Assembly: GCF_031179145.1 (NCBI RefSeq)
Contig: NZ_JAPSIB010000001.1
Location: forward strand, 154,853-218,852
From: Brevibacterium sp.
GTDB taxonomy: Bacteria; Actinomycetota; Actinomycetes; Actinomycetales; Brevibacteriaceae
DNA: 64,000 bases
Direction of reading: 5' to 3'
In this document: positions 11,136-26,105 of the stretch, piece by piece
Position numbering within the stretch: the first letter of the stretch is position 1
How the letters are laid out: the number at the start of each line of letters is the position of its first letter
Notes under the pieces: model-generated
Database searches by the model: none
The model's input: the letters and a program-made list of their open reading frames with translations, nothing else
Told to the model about the DNA's origin: nothing
Made by a program: the position numbers and the translations under genes

Positions 11136-11614
11136 CCGTCATCATCGTCGTCGCGGTTCTCATCCTCATCCTTCTCGCCCTGACCTGGGGCTGGAGCAGG
11201 AGGAAGCAGAGCCAGGCCGACGTTCCCCAACCCACGCGCCCACCGCTGGGCATCACCGCGGTGGCCGAACCGGTCGAGGGCTCGTACGTCTCGACCACCC
11301 TGGCCGGGCACCCGCTCGACCGCGTCGCCGTCCACGGGCTCGGCATCCGCACCTCGGGCGAGCTCGTCGTCACCGACGGGGGAGTCGTGCTGGACCTGGC
11401 CGGACGCGAGGACTTCCTCATCCCGCGCCGCGACATCGTGTCCGTCGACACCACCGCGGGGATGATCGGGAAGTTCGTCGAACGCGGCGGGATCGTGCGC
11501 ATCACCTGGCGCCTGGGCCGGACCCTGGTCGACACCGGGTTTCGCGCCCGCTACTCCGCCCACACCACTCCAACTGTTGACCGTATCCGCGAAATGATCG
11601 AAGAGGCACAATGA
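11120..11614 (+). CDS. Conserved membrane-anchored protein of the actinobacterial pyr operon (Rv1382-like, PH-like fold)
   Basis: GTG 11120 after AGGAG; N-terminal TM then YVSTT..G.PLDRV..GLG; conserved slot between pyrC and carA. Confidence 0.8.
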   Translation: MDRPVAVIIVVAVLILILLALTWGWSRRKQSQADVPQPTRPPLGITAVAEPVEGSYVSTTLAGHPLDRVAVHGLGIRTSGELVVTDGGVVLDLAGREDFLIPRRDIVSVDTTAGMIGKFVERGGIVRITWRLGRTLVDTGFRARYSAHTTPTVDRIREMIEEAQ

Positions 11615-12750
11615 GACTCTCCACCCCGCCTGCCGTCCTCGTCCTCGAAGACGGCCGTGTCTTCCACGGCTCCGCCTACGGGGCCATCGGCGAAACCCTC
11701 GGCGAAGCGGTCTTCGTCACCGCCATGTCCGGTTACCAGGAGACGCTGACCGACCCGTCCTACCACCGGCAGATCGTCATCCAGACCGCCCCGCACATCG
11801 GCAACACCGGGGTCAACGCCGCCGACGACGAGTCCGTGAAGTTCTGGGTCGCCGGCTACGTCGTCCGCGACGCCTCCCGCATCTCCTCGAACTGGCGTTC
11901 CGAGGGCGACCTCGAGACCCGCCTCGTCGACTCCGGCATCGTCGGGATCTCCGGGGTCGACACCCGGGCCCTGACCCTGCACCTGCGCGACAAGGGGGCG
12001 ATGCGGATGGGCATCTTCTCCGGACCCGCCGCCGAAGCTCCCGAGACCGAACTGCTGAACAAGGTCCTCGAGTCCCCGCAGATGGCCGGCGCGAAGCTCG
12101 CCGAGGAGGTCTCCGTCACCGAGCCCATGCTCGTCCCCGCCCAGGGAGAGGCGAAGTTCCGCGTCGCCGCGCTCGACCTCGGCATCAAGGCGATGACTCC
12201 CCAGCGCCTGAGCGAACGCGGCATCGACGTCCACGTGCTCCCCGCGACGACGACGTTCGCCGACATCCAGGCGCTGGGCGTCGACGGCGTCTTCTTCTCC
12301 AACGGTCCCGGCGACCCGGCTACGGCGGATTCCCAGGTCGAACTGCTGCGCGAAGTGCTGGCCGCGAAGATCCCGTTCTTCGGCATCTGCTTCGGCAACC
12401 AGCTGCTCGGCCGGGCACTCGGCTTCGGCACCTTCAAGCTGCCCTTCGGCCACCGCGGCATCAACGTGCCCGTCATCGATCGCACCACCGACAAGGTCGA
12501 GATCACCTCGCAGAACCACGGCTTCGCCGTCGACGCCCCGCTCGAAGGGGAGACCCTGGCCCCCCACGACGCGGCCTTCGGGCGTGTCACCGTCTCCCAC
12601 GTGTGCCTCAACGATGACGTGGTCGAAGGACTCCAGTGCCTCGACATCCCGGCCTTCTCGGTCCAGTTCCACCCCGAAGCGGCAGCCGGTCCGCACGACT
12701 CGAGCTACCTCTTCGACCGCTTCATCGACCTCATGTCCGCCAGAGCCTAA
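11611..12750 (+). CDS. carA: Carbamoyl-phosphate synthase small subunit
   Basis: [41 protein letters not shown]. Confidence 0.98.
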   Translation: MRLSTPPAVLVLEDGRVFHGSAYGAIGETLGEAVFVTAMSGYQETLTDPSYHRQIVIQTAPHIGNTGVNAADDESVKFWVAGYVVRDASRISSNWRSEGDLETRLVDSGIVGISGVDTRALTLHLRDKGAMRMGIFSGPAAEAPETELLNKVLESPQMAGAKLAEEVSVTEPMLVPAQGEAKFRVAALDLGIKAMTPQRLSERGIDVHVLPATTTFADIQALGVDGVFFSNGPGDPATADSQVELLREVLAAKIPFFGICFGNQLLGRALGFGTFKLPFGHRGINVPVIDRTTDKVEITSQNHGFAVDAPLEGETLAPHDAAFGRVTVSHVCLNDDVVEGLQCLDIPAFSVQFHPEAAAGPHDSSYLFDRFIDLMSARA

Positions 12751-12759
12751 GGAACACCC

Positions 12760-16034
<3,275 letters not shown>

Positions 16035-16035
<1 letters not shown>

Positions 16036-16973
16036 TGTTCGGGATGCGGCTGCAGGCGGCGATGGCCGAGCACGGTCCGGTCTGTGTGGGCATCGACCCT
16101 CACGACCACCTGCTCGACCTGTGGGGGCTGCCGCACACCGCGGCCGGCGTCCGCGAGTTCTCGCTGCGCACGGTGGCCGAGCTGGGGGGCGCCGTGGCCG
16201 CGGTCAAACCGCAGTCGGCGTTCTACGAATGCTACGGCTCCTCCGGCATCGCGGTGCTCGAGGAGACGCTGGCCGCGGCCCGTGAGGCAGGGCTGATCAG
16301 TGTCCTCGACGTCAAACGCGGGGACATCGGGTCGACCATGGCCGCCTATGCGCGCGCCTATCTCAGCCCCGAATCACACCTCGCCGCGGATGCGATCACG
16401 ATCTCGCCGTATCTGGGCTTCGGGGCGCTGGAGCCGGCCTTCGACCTGGCCCAGACGCACGACCGGGGCGTCTTCGTCCTCGCGCTGACCTCGAATCCCG
16501 AGGGCAGAGAGGTCCAGCATGCCCACGGCGCCGAGGGGACTCCCGGCTTCGGCACCTCGGTGGCGGGATCGATCGTAGCGCAGGTCGCCGCGCGCAACGC
16601 CACCGAAGCCGGCGCGAGGCGCAGCGGCACCGAGGACTCCGCAGTGACGGACGGCACCGCGGTGACCGAGGGGTCCGGCGCCGTCGGCGCGGCCGCGGGA
16701 CTGGGTCGCTGCGGCCTCGTCGTCGGGGCCACGATCGGCACCGCCGCCGCCTCCCTCGGCTTCGATCCCTCTGCCTGCGGAGGTCCCATCCTCGCCCCCG
16801 GAGTCGGAGCCCAGGGCGCCGGGGTCGCCGAGCTCGTCGAGGTCTTCGGCGTCGGGGCGCTGACCCGCAACCAGATCCTGGCGACCACCTCGCGGGCGGT
16901 CCTCGGAGCCGGGCCCGATGGGGTCCGGGAGGCCGCGAAGTTCCTCAACGACGCGCTGCGTGAGGTCGGCTGA
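16035..16973 (+). CDS. pyrF: Orotidine-5'-phosphate decarboxylase
   Basis: CVGIDPH, VKPQSAFYE, LDVKRGDIGST, LTSNPEG, LAPGVGAQG. Confidence 0.95.
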
Positions 16974-17079
16974 AGAACTGCTCGGTTTATTTGAGCACTG
17001 CAGTGTCGGAGTCGACAGTTTTTGATTTAGACTGAAGCAACTTCCCTACCTGCCCGTTCATGGTGACAGAGGAGACAAT

Positions 17080-17406
17080 GTGGCACTCGAACCTTTGACC
17101 CCGCAGCAGCGGTCGGCCGCGCTCGACAAAGCCTTCCGGGCGCGGCAGGCCCGCGCCGAGGTCAAGACGGAGCTGAAGTCCGGTCGCACCGATCTGGCGG
17201 CCGTGCTCAAGAAGGCCGAGTCGGACGAGGCACTGGCGAAGATGCGCGTCCTCGACCTGCTGCGGTCCCTTCCGGGCGTCGGCGATCGGCGCGCCGAAGC
17301 GGCGATGGAGGAAGTGGGCATCGCCGCATCACGACGGATCAAGGGCCTGGGTGTGCACCAGAAGACCGCCCTGTTGGAGAAATACTCGAAGGACCTGAAA
17401 CAATAG
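17080..17406 (+). CDS. mihF: Actinobacterial integration host factor mIHF
   Basis: [38 protein letters not shown]; precedes gmk. Confidence 0.93.
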   Translation: MALEPLTPQQRSAALDKAFRARQARAEVKTELKSGRTDLAAVLKKAESDEALAKMRVLDLLRSLPGVGDRRAEAAMEEVGIAASRRIKGLGVHQKTALLEKYSKDLKQ

Positions 17407-17407
17407 C

Positions 17408-17974
17408 TTGGTGAAGAACAGACTGACCGTACTGGCGGGACCGACCGCCGTCGGAAAAGGCACCATCAGCACCTATATCAGAGAACATCATCCGGAGGTC
17501 TGGTTCTCCGTCTCCGCGACGACGCGGCCGAGGCGTCCGGGTGAGATCGATGGTGTTCATTATCACTTCATCAGCGACGACGAGTTCGACTCCCTCATCG
17601 CCGCCGACGAACTCCTCGAATACGCCGTCGTCCATGGCCGGCACCGCTACGGCACTCCCGCGAAGCCGGTGCGTGAGCAGCTGGAGAAGGGCTGCCCCTC
17701 CCTGCTCGAGATCGATCTGCAGGGAGCGCGCCAGGTCAAGGACAAGATGCCCGACGCCCTGTTCGTGTTCCTCGCCCCTCCCAGCTGGGAGGAGCTGGTG
17801 TCACGGCTGACGGGCCGAGGGACCGAGTCGCCCGCTGAGCAGGAGCGCCGTCTGGCCACCGCGAAGCAGGAACTGGCCGCGGAATCCGAGTTCGACGTCA
17901 CCGTCGTCAATGACAGTGTTCGCACTGCCGCCGAAGAACTCATACAATTGATGGGTATATCCGCTTCCGATTAG
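17408..17974 (+). CDS. gmk: Guanylate kinase
   Basis: [41 protein letters not shown]. Confidence 0.97.
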   Translation: MVKNRLTVLAGPTAVGKGTISTYIREHHPEVWFSVSATTRPRRPGEIDGVHYHFISDDEFDSLIAADELLEYAVVHGRHRYGTPAKPVREQLEKGCPSLLEIDLQGARQVKDKMPDALFVFLAPPSWEELVSRLTGRGTESPAEQERRLATAKQELAAESEFDVTVVNDSVRTAAEELIQLMGISASD

Positions 17975-17975
17975 A

Positions 17976-18320
17976 TTGGAACACTCCTTGCCTGCACATC
18001 CTGAAGGCATCACCAATCCTCCGATTGATGATCTCCTGGCCGTCACCGGTTCGAAGTACGAACTCGTGTCTATCGCGGCTCAGCGAGCTCGCCAGATCAA
18101 CGCGTACTACGCTCAGCTCCAGGAGGGGCTGCTGGAGAACGTGGGCCCCCTGGTCACCCCTGGGCCCCATGAGAAGCCTCTGTCCATCGCCCTGCGCGAG
18201 ATCAACGAAGGCAAGATCGTGTCCCGGGAGGTCGCTCCTTCCGATTTCGGAGCACTCGAAGAGGAACCCGCCGCAGCACCGGCGAACAACGACGGCGCGA
18301 TCGACTTCACCGACCAGTGA
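17976..18320 (+). CDS. rpoZ: RNA polymerase omega subunit
   Basis: [12 protein letters not shown]...[29 protein letters not shown]; true start may be TTG 17988. Confidence 0.96.
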   Translation: MEHSLPAHPEGITNPPIDDLLAVTGSKYELVSIAAQRARQINAYYAQLQEGLLENVGPLVTPGPHEKPLSIALREINEGKIVSREVAPSDFGALEEEPAAAPANNDGAIDFTDQ

Positions 18321-19561
18321 GGACCGTGCTCGGTGTCGCCGGAGGCATCGCCGCCTACAAGGCGTGCCATGTCATCCGGCGGCTGCGAGACCTCGGGCAC
18401 TCCGTCAAGGTCGTGCCCACCGAAGCGGCGCTCAACTTCGTCGGCGCCGCCACCTTCGAAGCCCTGTCCGGGCAGACCGTGACCTCCGATGTCTTCGCCG
18501 AGGTCGACACGGTCAACCACGTCCGCATCGGGCAGGAGGCCGAACTCGTCATCATCGCCCCGGCCACCGCTAACACGATTGCGAAGATCGCGGCCGGGCT
18601 CGCCGATGACCTCTTGTCGGCCACCGTGCTCACCACCACCGCCGAGGTGGTCGTCGCGCCGGCCATGCACACCGAGATGTGGCTCAACCAGGCCACGGTT
18701 GCCAACATCGCGACCCTCCGGGCGCGCGGAATCCATGTCCTCGACCCCGCAGTCGGACGCCTCACCGGGCCCGACTCCGGTCCCGGGAGACTGCCCGAAC
18801 CCGAAGAGATCGTCGATTTCGCTCTGGCCGCCGCTGATCGATCCGGACCGGCGGACCAGTCCGCACTCGCCGGCCGCAGCGTCGTCATCAGCGCCGGCGG
18901 GACCCGCGAGGCCCTCGACCCTGTGCGCTTCCTCGGCAACCGCTCGTCCGGCAAACAGGGCATCGCCCTGGCGAACGCCGCCGCAGCCGCAGGCGCCCAC
19001 GTCCAGCTCGTCGCGGCCAACGTCGACTCCGGCCTCCTGACCGGCCTGCCCGCAGGCGTCGAGGTCACCCAGGTCGAATCGACCGAGCAGCTGCAGGAGG
19101 CCATGCGCGCCGCCCAGCCGGGAGCCGACGTCATCATCATGGCCGCCGCCGTCGCCGACTACCGTCCCGCCGACCGGGCCGGGGCGAAGATGAAGAAGTC
19201 CGCGGACGAAGGACTCCAGATCACTCTGGTGCAGAATCCCGACATCCTCGTCGGGCTCGTGCAGTCGCGCACCGACTCTCAGATCATCGTCGGCTTCGCC
19301 GCCGAGACCGGAGACGAGACTCACACCGCGGACGAGTACGCCCGTGAGAAGCTGGTCCGCAAAGGCGTCGACCTCCTCGTCTTCAATGACGTCTCCGACA
19401 ACCGCGCCTTCGGCCACGACGACACGACCGTCCACGTCCTGGCCCCCTCGGAGACCGGCGTCGACGAGCTCGGAGAGTTCTCCGGCAGCAAGGACTCTGT
19501 GTCCGAAAAGGTCGTGCGCGTCATCGGAGCACGACTGCCTTCAGTAGAATCGACGCCGTGA
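18317..19561 (+). CDS. coaBC: Bifunctional phosphopantothenoylcysteine decarboxylase/ligase
   Basis: [51 protein letters not shown]. Confidence 0.97.
   Translation: MRTVLGVAGGIAAYKACHVIRRLRDLGHSVKVVPTEAALNFVGAATFEALSGQTVTSDVFAEVDTVNHVRIGQEAELVIIAPATANTIAKIAAGLADDLLSATVLTTTAEVVVAPAMHTEMWLNQATVANIATLRARGIHVLDPAVGRLTGPDSGPGRLPEPEEIVDFALAAADRSGPADQSALAGRSVVISAGGTREALDPVRFLGNRSSGKQGIALANAAAAAGAHVQLVAANVDSGLLTGLPAGVEVTQVESTEQLQEAMRAAQPGADVIIMAAAVADYRPADRAGAKMKKSADEGLQITLVQNPDILVGLVQSRTDSQIIVGFAAETGDETHTADEYAREKLVRKGVDLLVFNDVSDNRAFGHDDTTVHVLAPSETGVDELGEFSGSKDSVSEKVVRVIGARLPSVESTP
19545..19550 (+). promoter_or_regulatory. -10 box TAGAAT, probable leaderless metK promoter (inside coaBC 3' end)
   Basis: TANNNT 7 nt before GTG 19558; no SD. 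Confidence 0.65.
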
Positions 19562-20760
19562 TCAATACCAATCTGCGCCTGTTCAGCTCCGAGTCCGTCA
19601 CCGAGGGACACCCCGACAAGATCTGCGATCAGATCAGCGACGCGGTCCTCGACGACCTGCTGAGACAGGATCCCCACGCGAAGGTCGCAGTCGAGACGAT
19701 GGTCACCACCGGTCTTGTCCATGTCGCCGGCGAGGTCAACACCCATGCCTACGCCGACGTCGCGGGGATCGTCCGCGACCTCATCACCGGAATCGGCTAC
19801 GACTCCTCGGACAAGGGCTTCGACGGCAACTCGTGCGGAGTCTCGGTGTCCATCGGCTCCCAGTCCAGCGACATCCATTCCGGGGTGACGAACCCGCTCG
19901 ACTTCCGCGATGCGCAGGTCACCGATCACGGCTCCAGCCTCGGTGCCGGCGACCAGGGACTCATGTTCGGGTACGCCGACAACGCCACTGACGTCCTGAT
20001 GCCGCTGCCCATCCATCTGGCCTCGCGGATGGCGGAGAAGCTCAGCGAAGTGCGCAAGCTCGGTGTACTGGACTATCTGCGTCCCGACGGCAAGACCCAG
20101 CTGACGATCGGCTACGACGGCAACCGGGCGGTGACCATCGAGAACATCGTGGTCTCCACCCAGCATGCCGCCGGCGTCGACCAGCGGCAGCTCAAAGCCG
20201 AGATCCAGGAGCTCGTCATCGATCCCGTCGCCGACTCCGCCGGGCTCGAACGCCGCGGGGAGAACATCCACATCAACCCTGCCGGCCCCTTCGTCACGGG
20301 CGGCCCGATGGGCGATGCCGGACTGACCGGGCGCAAGATCATCGTCGACACCTACGGCGGCTACTCGCGCCACGGCGGGGGCGCGTTCTCCGGAAAGGAC
20401 CCCTCGAAGGTCGACCGCTCCGCCGCTTACGCGATGCGCTGGGTGGCGAAGAACGTCGTCGCCGCAGGTCTCGCCGACCGCGCCGAGGTGCAGGTGTCCT
20501 ATGCGATCGGCCGCGTCGATCCGATGGGCCTGTACGTCGAGACGTTCGGCACCGAGAAGGTCGACCCCAACGCGATCGCGAACGCCATCCGGGAGGTCTT
20601 CGATCTGCGCCCGGCGATGATCATCGACGAGCTCAACCTGCTCCGGCCGATCTACTCGCAGACCTCGACCTACGGCCACTTCGGCCGGCCCCTGCCCGAA
20701 TTCACCTGGGAGTACACGGACCGCGCCGACGATCTGCTGCGCGCGGTGTCGTCGGCCTGA
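19558..20760 (+). CDS. metK: S-adenosylmethionine synthetase
   Basis: [38 protein letters not shown]. Confidence 0.98.
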   Translation: MINTNLRLFSSESVTEGHPDKICDQISDAVLDDLLRQDPHAKVAVETMVTTGLVHVAGEVNTHAYADVAGIVRDLITGIGYDSSDKGFDGNSCGVSVSIGSQSSDIHSGVTNPLDFRDAQVTDHGSSLGAGDQGLMFGYADNATDVLMPLPIHLASRMAEKLSEVRKLGVLDYLRPDGKTQLTIGYDGNRAVTIENIVVSTQHAAGVDQRQLKAEIQELVIDPVADSAGLERRGENIHINPAGPFVTGGPMGDAGLTGRKIIVDTYGGYSRHGGGAFSGKDPSKVDRSAAYAMRWVAKNVVAAGLADRAEVQVSYAIGRVDPMGLYVETFGTEKVDPNAIANAIREVFDLRPAMIIDELNLLRPIYSQTSTYGHFGRPLPEFTWEYTDRADDLLRAVSSA

Positions 20761-20800
20761 TGGATGAACCATCCCCGGCTTGATGGATGAACCACTCCCG
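20758..20800 (+). repeat. 23-bp tandem duplication forming mini-ORF MDEPSPA* (20760-20783) between metK and priA
   Basis: TGATGGATGAACCA at 20758 and 20781; both junctions are TGATG stop/start overlaps. Confidence 0.85.
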
Positions 20801-22957
20801 ATAGACACCGGCACCTCCGCCCTCGGGCAGGTGCCCCTGGCGCTGGTCGATCCTGTGGCACACGTGCTCATCGATCATCCGGTGCCGCACCTGGCCCGGG
20901 TCTTCGACTACGCCGTTCCCGAGAAGTTCGCCGACACCGCCCGTCCCGGGGTGCGGGTGCGGGTGAAGTTCGCCGGCAGGCTCCGGGACGGGTTCCTCCT
21001 CGAGCGCCTCGATCACACCGATCATGTGGGTCCCCTGGCCCCGATCGACCGGATCACCAGCCCGCTGCAGGTCCTCACCCCCACTCTGCTCGCCCTGTGC
21101 GAGGCCGTCGCCATCCGCTATGCCGGAACGCTCCCGGACGTGCTCCGACTGGCGATCCCGCCCCGCCACGCCAGGGCGGAGAAGGCCATGCTGGCGGATG
21201 CGGTGAACGCTGAGGGGGGGTTCTCGCGGGATGACGCCGAGGCACCGACGAGCGCCGTCACCCGCCTCGGCGAGTGGATCGCCTCCCACGCCGAGGCCGT
21301 GCTCGACTCCGTGCCTGCGCCCGGCACCGGTGAATCACCGGCGGGCGAATCCCCGACCCACGATCCGACGGTCGGCGAGCCGACGGCTGACGGTGGCGAC
21401 CCTCCGGCGACTGAACTTCAGGCCGACATCCCGAACGCCACCACGCCGACGGACGGCGCAGAGAGAGTGCGCATGCGCGCGGCGTTGAGCGTGGTGCCGG
21501 GGGAGACGCCCGGCCTCGGCTGGATCACCGCCGGTATTGAGGCCGCGCTCCCGGTCCTGAAGGCAGGGGAGTCGGTGCTGTGGCTCGTCCCCGACCATCG
21601 GGAGCTTGCCGTGCTGAGCTCGACGCTTGACCACCTGCGCGAGGACCACGGGCTGTTCGACTACTCCGTGCTCAACGCTGATCAGTCCCCGGCCCAGCGG
21701 TGGACGGCCTGGCTGCGGGGTCTGCTCGGACGCTCCCGACTGATGATCGGCACCCGGGCCGCGGCCTTCGCGCCGCTGAACGACCTGGGGCTGATCATCT
21801 GCCTCGACGACACGAACTCGAACTACCTCGACCAGCACGCCCCCTACCCCCATGCCCGGGAGGTGTGCCTGCTGCGTTCGGCGCAGGAGGAGACGGGACT
21901 GCTCTTCGTCTCTGCCGACCGCAGCCCCGAAGTGCAGAGACTGAGTGAGATCGGCTGGCTGCGCGACGTCAGCCCCACAGGACCCCAGCGTCGCAGCGGC
22001 GCCCCGCTCGTCTTCGTCCCCGACGAGGACCGCGACCCCTTCGCCTGGCAGCGCATCCCGAGCCGCGCCTGGGACCTCATGCAGTCCGCCCTCAAGCCCA
22101 AACGCGGCAGCACCGACTCGCCCGGACCGGTCCTCGTCCAGGTCCCACGATCCGGCTACTACCCGGTCTTCGCCTGCGCCCGCTGCCAGGAGGTCGCCCG
22201 CTGCCCGCGGTGCGAGGCGACGCTGACCACCCAGTCCGAGGTCGGACCCTTCGCCTGTCGGGCCTGCGGACATCACAGCGACACCTTCACCTGCTCCCGG
22301 TGCCGCTCCCACCAGGTCCGCTCCATCGTGCGCGGACGCACCCGAACGGTCGAGGAGCTGCGCCGCGCCCTGCCGGGGGTCGAGATCCTCGAATCCGGCG
22401 GTGAGGACATCCCCGTCGCCGTCGACGACGCGCCCCGGGTCGTCGTCGCGACGACCGGTGCCGAACCCTACGCTCTCGGCGGCTATGCCTGTGCCGTGCT
22501 GCTCGACAGCCTGTGGCCGGGGCCCTGGCTGCGCGCCACCGACGACGGCGTGTCCCGCCGGCTGCGGGCGGCCTCCCTCGTCCGATCCCGGGAGAACGGG
22601 GGAGCAGTCTACCTCGGCGAGGCCGACGAGGCGATCCGGAACGCCCTGACCACCTTCGACCCCATCACCTACATGTCGAGGCAGCTCGTCGACCGCCGGG
22701 AGCTGGGGTTCCCGCCCTACCGCCGCATCGTCGAACTGCGCGGCGGGCCCGCCGATCTCGACACCGTCCTCGCCGCCGTCGACCCCCTCGAGGAGCTGCT
22801 CCGGGAGGACGACGGTGAGGACCAGCGGGCGGTGGCGGCCTACCCGATCAGCGCCGGCGCCGAGGTGGGCCGCGACCTGGCTGCGATCACAGCCTCCCGT
22901 GCGGCCAAGAAGCTGCCCCAGGTGCACATCAGGATCGACGATCCCCGCTCCCTGTGA
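20783..22957 (+). CDS. priA: Primosomal protein N' (actinobacterial type, degenerate helicase motifs)
   Basis: LARVFDYAVP 3'-binding domain, IGTRAAAFAPL, YPHAREV, four CxxC pairs, FPPY; position after metK. Confidence 0.9.
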   Translation: MDEPLPIDTGTSALGQVPLALVDPVAHVLIDHPVPHLARVFDYAVPEKFADTARPGVRVRVKFAGRLRDGFLLERLDHTDHVGPLAPIDRITSPLQVLTPTLLALCEAVAIRYAGTLPDVLRLAIPPRHARAEKAMLADAVNAEGGFSRDDAEAPTSAVTRLGEWIASHAEAVLDSVPAPGTGESPAGESPTHDPTVGEPTADGGDPPATELQADIPNATTPTDGAERVRMRAALSVVPGETPGLGWITAGIEAALPVLKAGESVLWLVPDHRELAVLSSTLDHLREDHGLFDYSVLNADQSPAQRWTAWLRGLLGRSRLMIGTRAAAFAPLNDLGLIICLDDTNSNYLDQHAPYPHAREVCLLRSAQEETGLLFVSADRSPEVQRLSEIGWLRDVSPTGPQRRSGAPLVFVPDEDRDPFAWQRIPSRAWDLMQSALKPKRGSTDSPGPVLVQVPRSGYYPVFACARCQEVARCPRCEATLTTQSEVGPFACRACGHHSDTFTCSRCRSHQVRSIVRGRTRTVEELRRALPGVEILESGGEDIPVAVDDAPRVVVATTGAEPYALGGYACAVLLDSLWPGPWLRATDDGVSRRLRAASLVRSRENGGAVYLGEADEAIRNALTTFDPITYMSRQLVDRRELGFPPYRRIVELRGGPADLDTVLAAVDPLEELLREDDGEDQRAVAAYPISAGAEVGRDLAAITASRAAKKLPQVHIRIDDPRSL

Positions 22958-22985
22958 CGATCCCCGAACGGTGACGATCCCTGAC
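22934..22985. repeat. Three copies of GACGATCCC (period 17-19) across the priA stop
   Basis: Copies at 22937, 22956 and 22973. Confidence 0.7.
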
Positions 22986-23009
22986 GCAGTGAGCTCACGA
23001 GCGGACCAG

Positions 23010-23015
23010 TAGACT
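23010..23015 (+). promoter_or_regulatory. -10 box TAGACT, probable leaderless fmt promoter
   Basis: TANNNT 7 nt before GTG 23023. Confidence 0.65.
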
Positions 23016-23022
23016 GTCCCGC

Positions 23023-23964
23023 GTGGATATCGTCTTTGCCGGAACCCCGGACGTCGCCGTGCCTGCCCTCGACGCCTTCGCCGACTCCGGCCATCGCATC
23101 CGCGCAGTCCTCACCCGCCCCGACGCGCCGGTCGGACGCAAGCGGGTGCTCACACCGTCGGCGGTCAAGGCCCGCGCGCTCGAACTCGGCCTGCCCGTGA
23201 TCGAAGCGAGCAGACTGCGCGGCGAGGTCATCGCCGAACTCCGCGAGCTCGAGGTCGATGCCGTCGCCGTCGTCGCCTACGGCGCGATCGCCGGACCTGC
23301 GGCACTCGGCACGGCCCGGCTCGGTTGGTTCAACCTCCACTTCTCCCTCCTCCCCGCGTACCGGGGAGCGGCACCCGTGCAGCGGGCGCTCATCGACGGT
23401 CGGGCCCGCAGCGGAGTCAGCGTCTTCCGCATCGACGAGGGGATGGACTCCGGTCCCGTGCTCAGGCAGCTCGAGATGCCGCTGGACCACCCCGACGCCG
23501 CCACCGCCCTCGACGACTACGCTCATCGCGGCGCCCCCGAACTCGTCGCCGCCTTCGACGACCTCGAAGCCGGCACCGCGACCCTCACGCCCCAGACCGG
23601 GGAGGCGAGCCACGCCGGGAAGATCGGCATCGACGATGCCCGCCTCGACTTCCGCCGGCCGGTGAGAACCCTCGTCGACCTCGCCCGGGGAGTCTCCCCG
23701 AGCCCCGGCGCCTGGGCCGAGCTCGACGGGAAGCGCACGAAGCTCTTCGGCCTCGCCGAGGTGACCCAGAGTCCCGAGGTGACCCAGAGTCCCGGAGTCC
23801 TCACCTCGTGGAACCGGACCGCGGTGCTGCGCTGCGGGGACGGCTGGGCGAGCGTGAGCGACATCCAGCCCTTCGGCAAGGGCCGGATGCCGGCGCTCGA
23901 CTTCCTCCGCGGTCGCGGAGACGTCCAGTTCGACGAACCCATCCGCACCGACGAAGGAGCCTGA
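23023..23964 (+). CDS. fmt: Methionyl-tRNA formyltransferase
   Basis: IVFAGTPDVAV, VLTRPDAPVGR, NLHFSLLPAYRGAAPVQ, GMDSGP. Confidence 0.96.
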   Translation: MDIVFAGTPDVAVPALDAFADSGHRIRAVLTRPDAPVGRKRVLTPSAVKARALELGLPVIEASRLRGEVIAELRELEVDAVAVVAYGAIAGPAALGTARLGWFNLHFSLLPAYRGAAPVQRALIDGRARSGVSVFRIDEGMDSGPVLRQLEMPLDHPDAATALDDYAHRGAPELVAAFDDLEAGTATLTPQTGEASHAGKIGIDDARLDFRRPVRTLVDLARGVSPSPGAWAELDGKRTKLFGLAEVTQSPEVTQSPGVLTSWNRTAVLRCGDGWASVSDIQPFGKGRMPALDFLRGRGDVQFDEPIRTDEGA

Positions 23965-23967
23965 ACC

Positions 23968-25320
23968 ATGGCCGCGAAGAACCTGCCCCGCCGCATCGCG
24001 TGGGAAGTGCTCCTGGACGTCGCGACGAAGGACTCCTACGCGAACCTCCTGCTGCCCGCCAAACTCACCCGCACCCACCTGAGCACCCAGGATGCGGCCT
24101 TCACCACGGAATTGACCTATGGGGCGCTGCGCCAGCAGGAGTTCTACGACGCCGTCATCGCCCACGCCGCGAAGCGCGACGTGTCCACCATCGACCCCGA
24201 ACCGCTCGCGGCCCTGCGGCTGGGCGCGCACCAGATCCTGTCGATGCGCGTGCCCGACCACGCCGCGCTGTCCGAGACCGTGGCCGTGGTGAAGAACAAC
24301 GACCCCAAGACGGCGGGCTTCACCAACGCCGTGCTGCGCCGGGTCTCCGAGGCCGACCGCGACGAGTGGCTGCGCCGCCTGAGCGACGGCGCCACTCCGC
24401 TCGCCAGGCAGTCCATCGAACACTCCCACCCCGAGTGGATCATCCGTGCCATGACCCAGGCGCTCAAGGGCCACGGCCGCTCCGCCGAGGAGATCACCTC
24501 CCTGCTCGAAGCCGACAACGCCGCCGCCAAGGTGTCGCTGACCGCATTGCCGGGACTCTGCGAGCCGAGCGAGCTGCCCGGACGCGTGAGCGCGCTCTGT
24601 CCCATCTCGGTCACCCTCGACACCGGAATCCCGGGGACCATCTCCGCCGTCGCCGAGGGGCGCGCCCGGGTCCAGGACGAGGGCTCCGCGCTGGTGGCAC
24701 TCGCTCTCGCCCACACCTCGGCGCCGGAGGGGACCTGGGCGGACCTGTGCGCGGGACCGGGCGGCAAGGCCGCGGTCCTGGCCGCGTGCACCCAGTCGAG
24801 CGGCACCACTCTCGACGCCTTCGACTCGAGCAAGCACCGGGTGAAACTGGTCCGCGACTCGACTCAGGCGCTGTCCAACGTGAGAACCCGGATCCAGGAC
24901 GCCCGCGACGCCAGCGGCCCCTACGCGAAGGTCCTCGTCGACGTGCCCTGCTCCGGCCTCGGCGCGCTGCGGCGGCGACCAGAGGCTCGCTACCGGCGCA
25001 CACCCGCCGACATCAACGCCCTGGCCACCCCGCAGCGCGAGATCCTCACCGCCGCCCTGAACGCCTGCGCCCCGGGCGGCGTGGTCGCCTACTCGACCTG
25101 CTCGCCCCACTACGCCGAGACGGTCCTCGTCGTCGACGACGTCCTGCGCGGCACCGACGCGCAAGTCCTCGACGCCCCGGCCGTGCTCGCCGAGATCACG
25201 GGCGGTGAGCCTGAGGACTTCGCCTCGGTGACCCGTGGCGATGGCCGCTACGCCCAGCTGTGGCCGCACGTGCACAATACTGATGGAATGTTCCTGGCCC
25301 TCCTGCGGAAAGCACCCTGA
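23968..25320 (+). CDS. rsmB: RsmB/Sun-family RNA m5C methyltransferase with NusB-like N-domain
   Basis: [42 protein letters not shown]. Confidence 0.92.
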   Translation: MAAKNLPRRIAWEVLLDVATKDSYANLLLPAKLTRTHLSTQDAAFTTELTYGALRQQEFYDAVIAHAAKRDVSTIDPEPLAALRLGAHQILSMRVPDHAALSETVAVVKNNDPKTAGFTNAVLRRVSEADRDEWLRRLSDGATPLARQSIEHSHPEWIIRAMTQALKGHGRSAEEITSLLEADNAAAKVSLTALPGLCEPSELPGRVSALCPISVTLDTGIPGTISAVAEGRARVQDEGSALVALALAHTSAPEGTWADLCAGPGGKAAVLAACTQSSGTTLDAFDSSKHRVKLVRDSTQALSNVRTRIQDARDASGPYAKVLVDVPCSGLGALRRRPEARYRRTPADINALATPQREILTAALNACAPGGVVAYSTCSPHYAETVLVVDDVLRGTDAQVLDAPAVLAEITGGEPEDFASVTRGDGRYAQLWPHVHNTDGMFLALLRKAP

Positions 25321-25979
25321 TGATCGAGATCAACCCCAGCATCCTCAACTCCGACTTCTCCGATCTGCGCGGGGAGCTTGAGAAGATCCGCACCGCCGAC
25401 ATGGCGCACATCGACGTGATGGACAACCACTTCGTCCCCAACCTCACGTTCGGCCCGCCCGTGGTCGAGAGGATCAGGGCGATCAGCCCGATTCCGCTCG
25501 ACGCGCACCTGATGATCGACGACGCCGACCGCAATGCGCCGGTCTACGCGGAGCTCGGCTGCGCCTCGGTGACCTTCCACGCCGAGGCGGTCCGAGCACC
25601 CGTGCGCCTGGCCAGGGAGATCCGCCGGCTCGGCGCCAAGTCCAGCCTCGCGCTCAAACCGGCCACCCCGATCGAACCATTCGTCGACCTCCTCGGCGAA
25701 TTCGACCAGATCCTCATCATGACCGTCGAACCCGGGTTCGGCGGCCAGAAGTTCCTCGACGTATGCCTGCCGAAGATCCGCCGGACCCGGGAGGCGATCT
25801 CCGCGTCCGGACTCGAGATCAAGCTCCAGGTCGACGGGGGAGTGTCGAAGGACACCGTGACCCGCTGCGTCGAAGCCGGAGCCGACGTCCTCGTCGCCGG
25901 CTCCGCCGTCTACGGAGCCGAGGACGCGGGTACGGCGATCGCGGAGCTGCGCGAACTCGCCGCCGCCCACACGCATTGA
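25320..25979 (+). CDS. rpe: Ribulose-phosphate 3-epimerase
   Basis: [47 protein letters not shown]. Confidence 0.97.
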   Translation: MIEINPSILNSDFSDLRGELEKIRTADMAHIDVMDNHFVPNLTFGPPVVERIRAISPIPLDAHLMIDDADRNAPVYAELGCASVTFHAEAVRAPVRLAREIRRLGAKSSLALKPATPIEPFVDLLGEFDQILIMTVEPGFGGQKFLDVCLPKIRRTREAISASGLEIKLQVDGGVSKDTVTRCVEAGADVLVAGSAVYGAEDAGTAIAELRELAAAHTH

Positions 25980-26073
25980 ACCTCTCACACGCATCGAACC
26001 TCCCACACGCATCGAACCTCCCACACGCATCGAACCTCCCACACGCGCTGACACGCCCACACGCACCGAACCG
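25966..26073. repeat. 18-bp tandem repeat (cccacacgcatcgaacct) x6
   Basis: Units at 25966, 25984, 26002, 26020, 26038 and 26056; unit 1 contains the rpe stop TGA. Confidence 0.95.
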
Positions 26074-26105
26074 CCCGCGCCCGACCGAGAACTGAAGAGA
26101 GTCAG

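Noticed and set aside
25966-26105. Possible FMN riboswitch upstream of the PnuC/RibM gene
   Set aside because: No RFN-element conserved blocks; the interval is the 18-bp repeat plus about 30 nt
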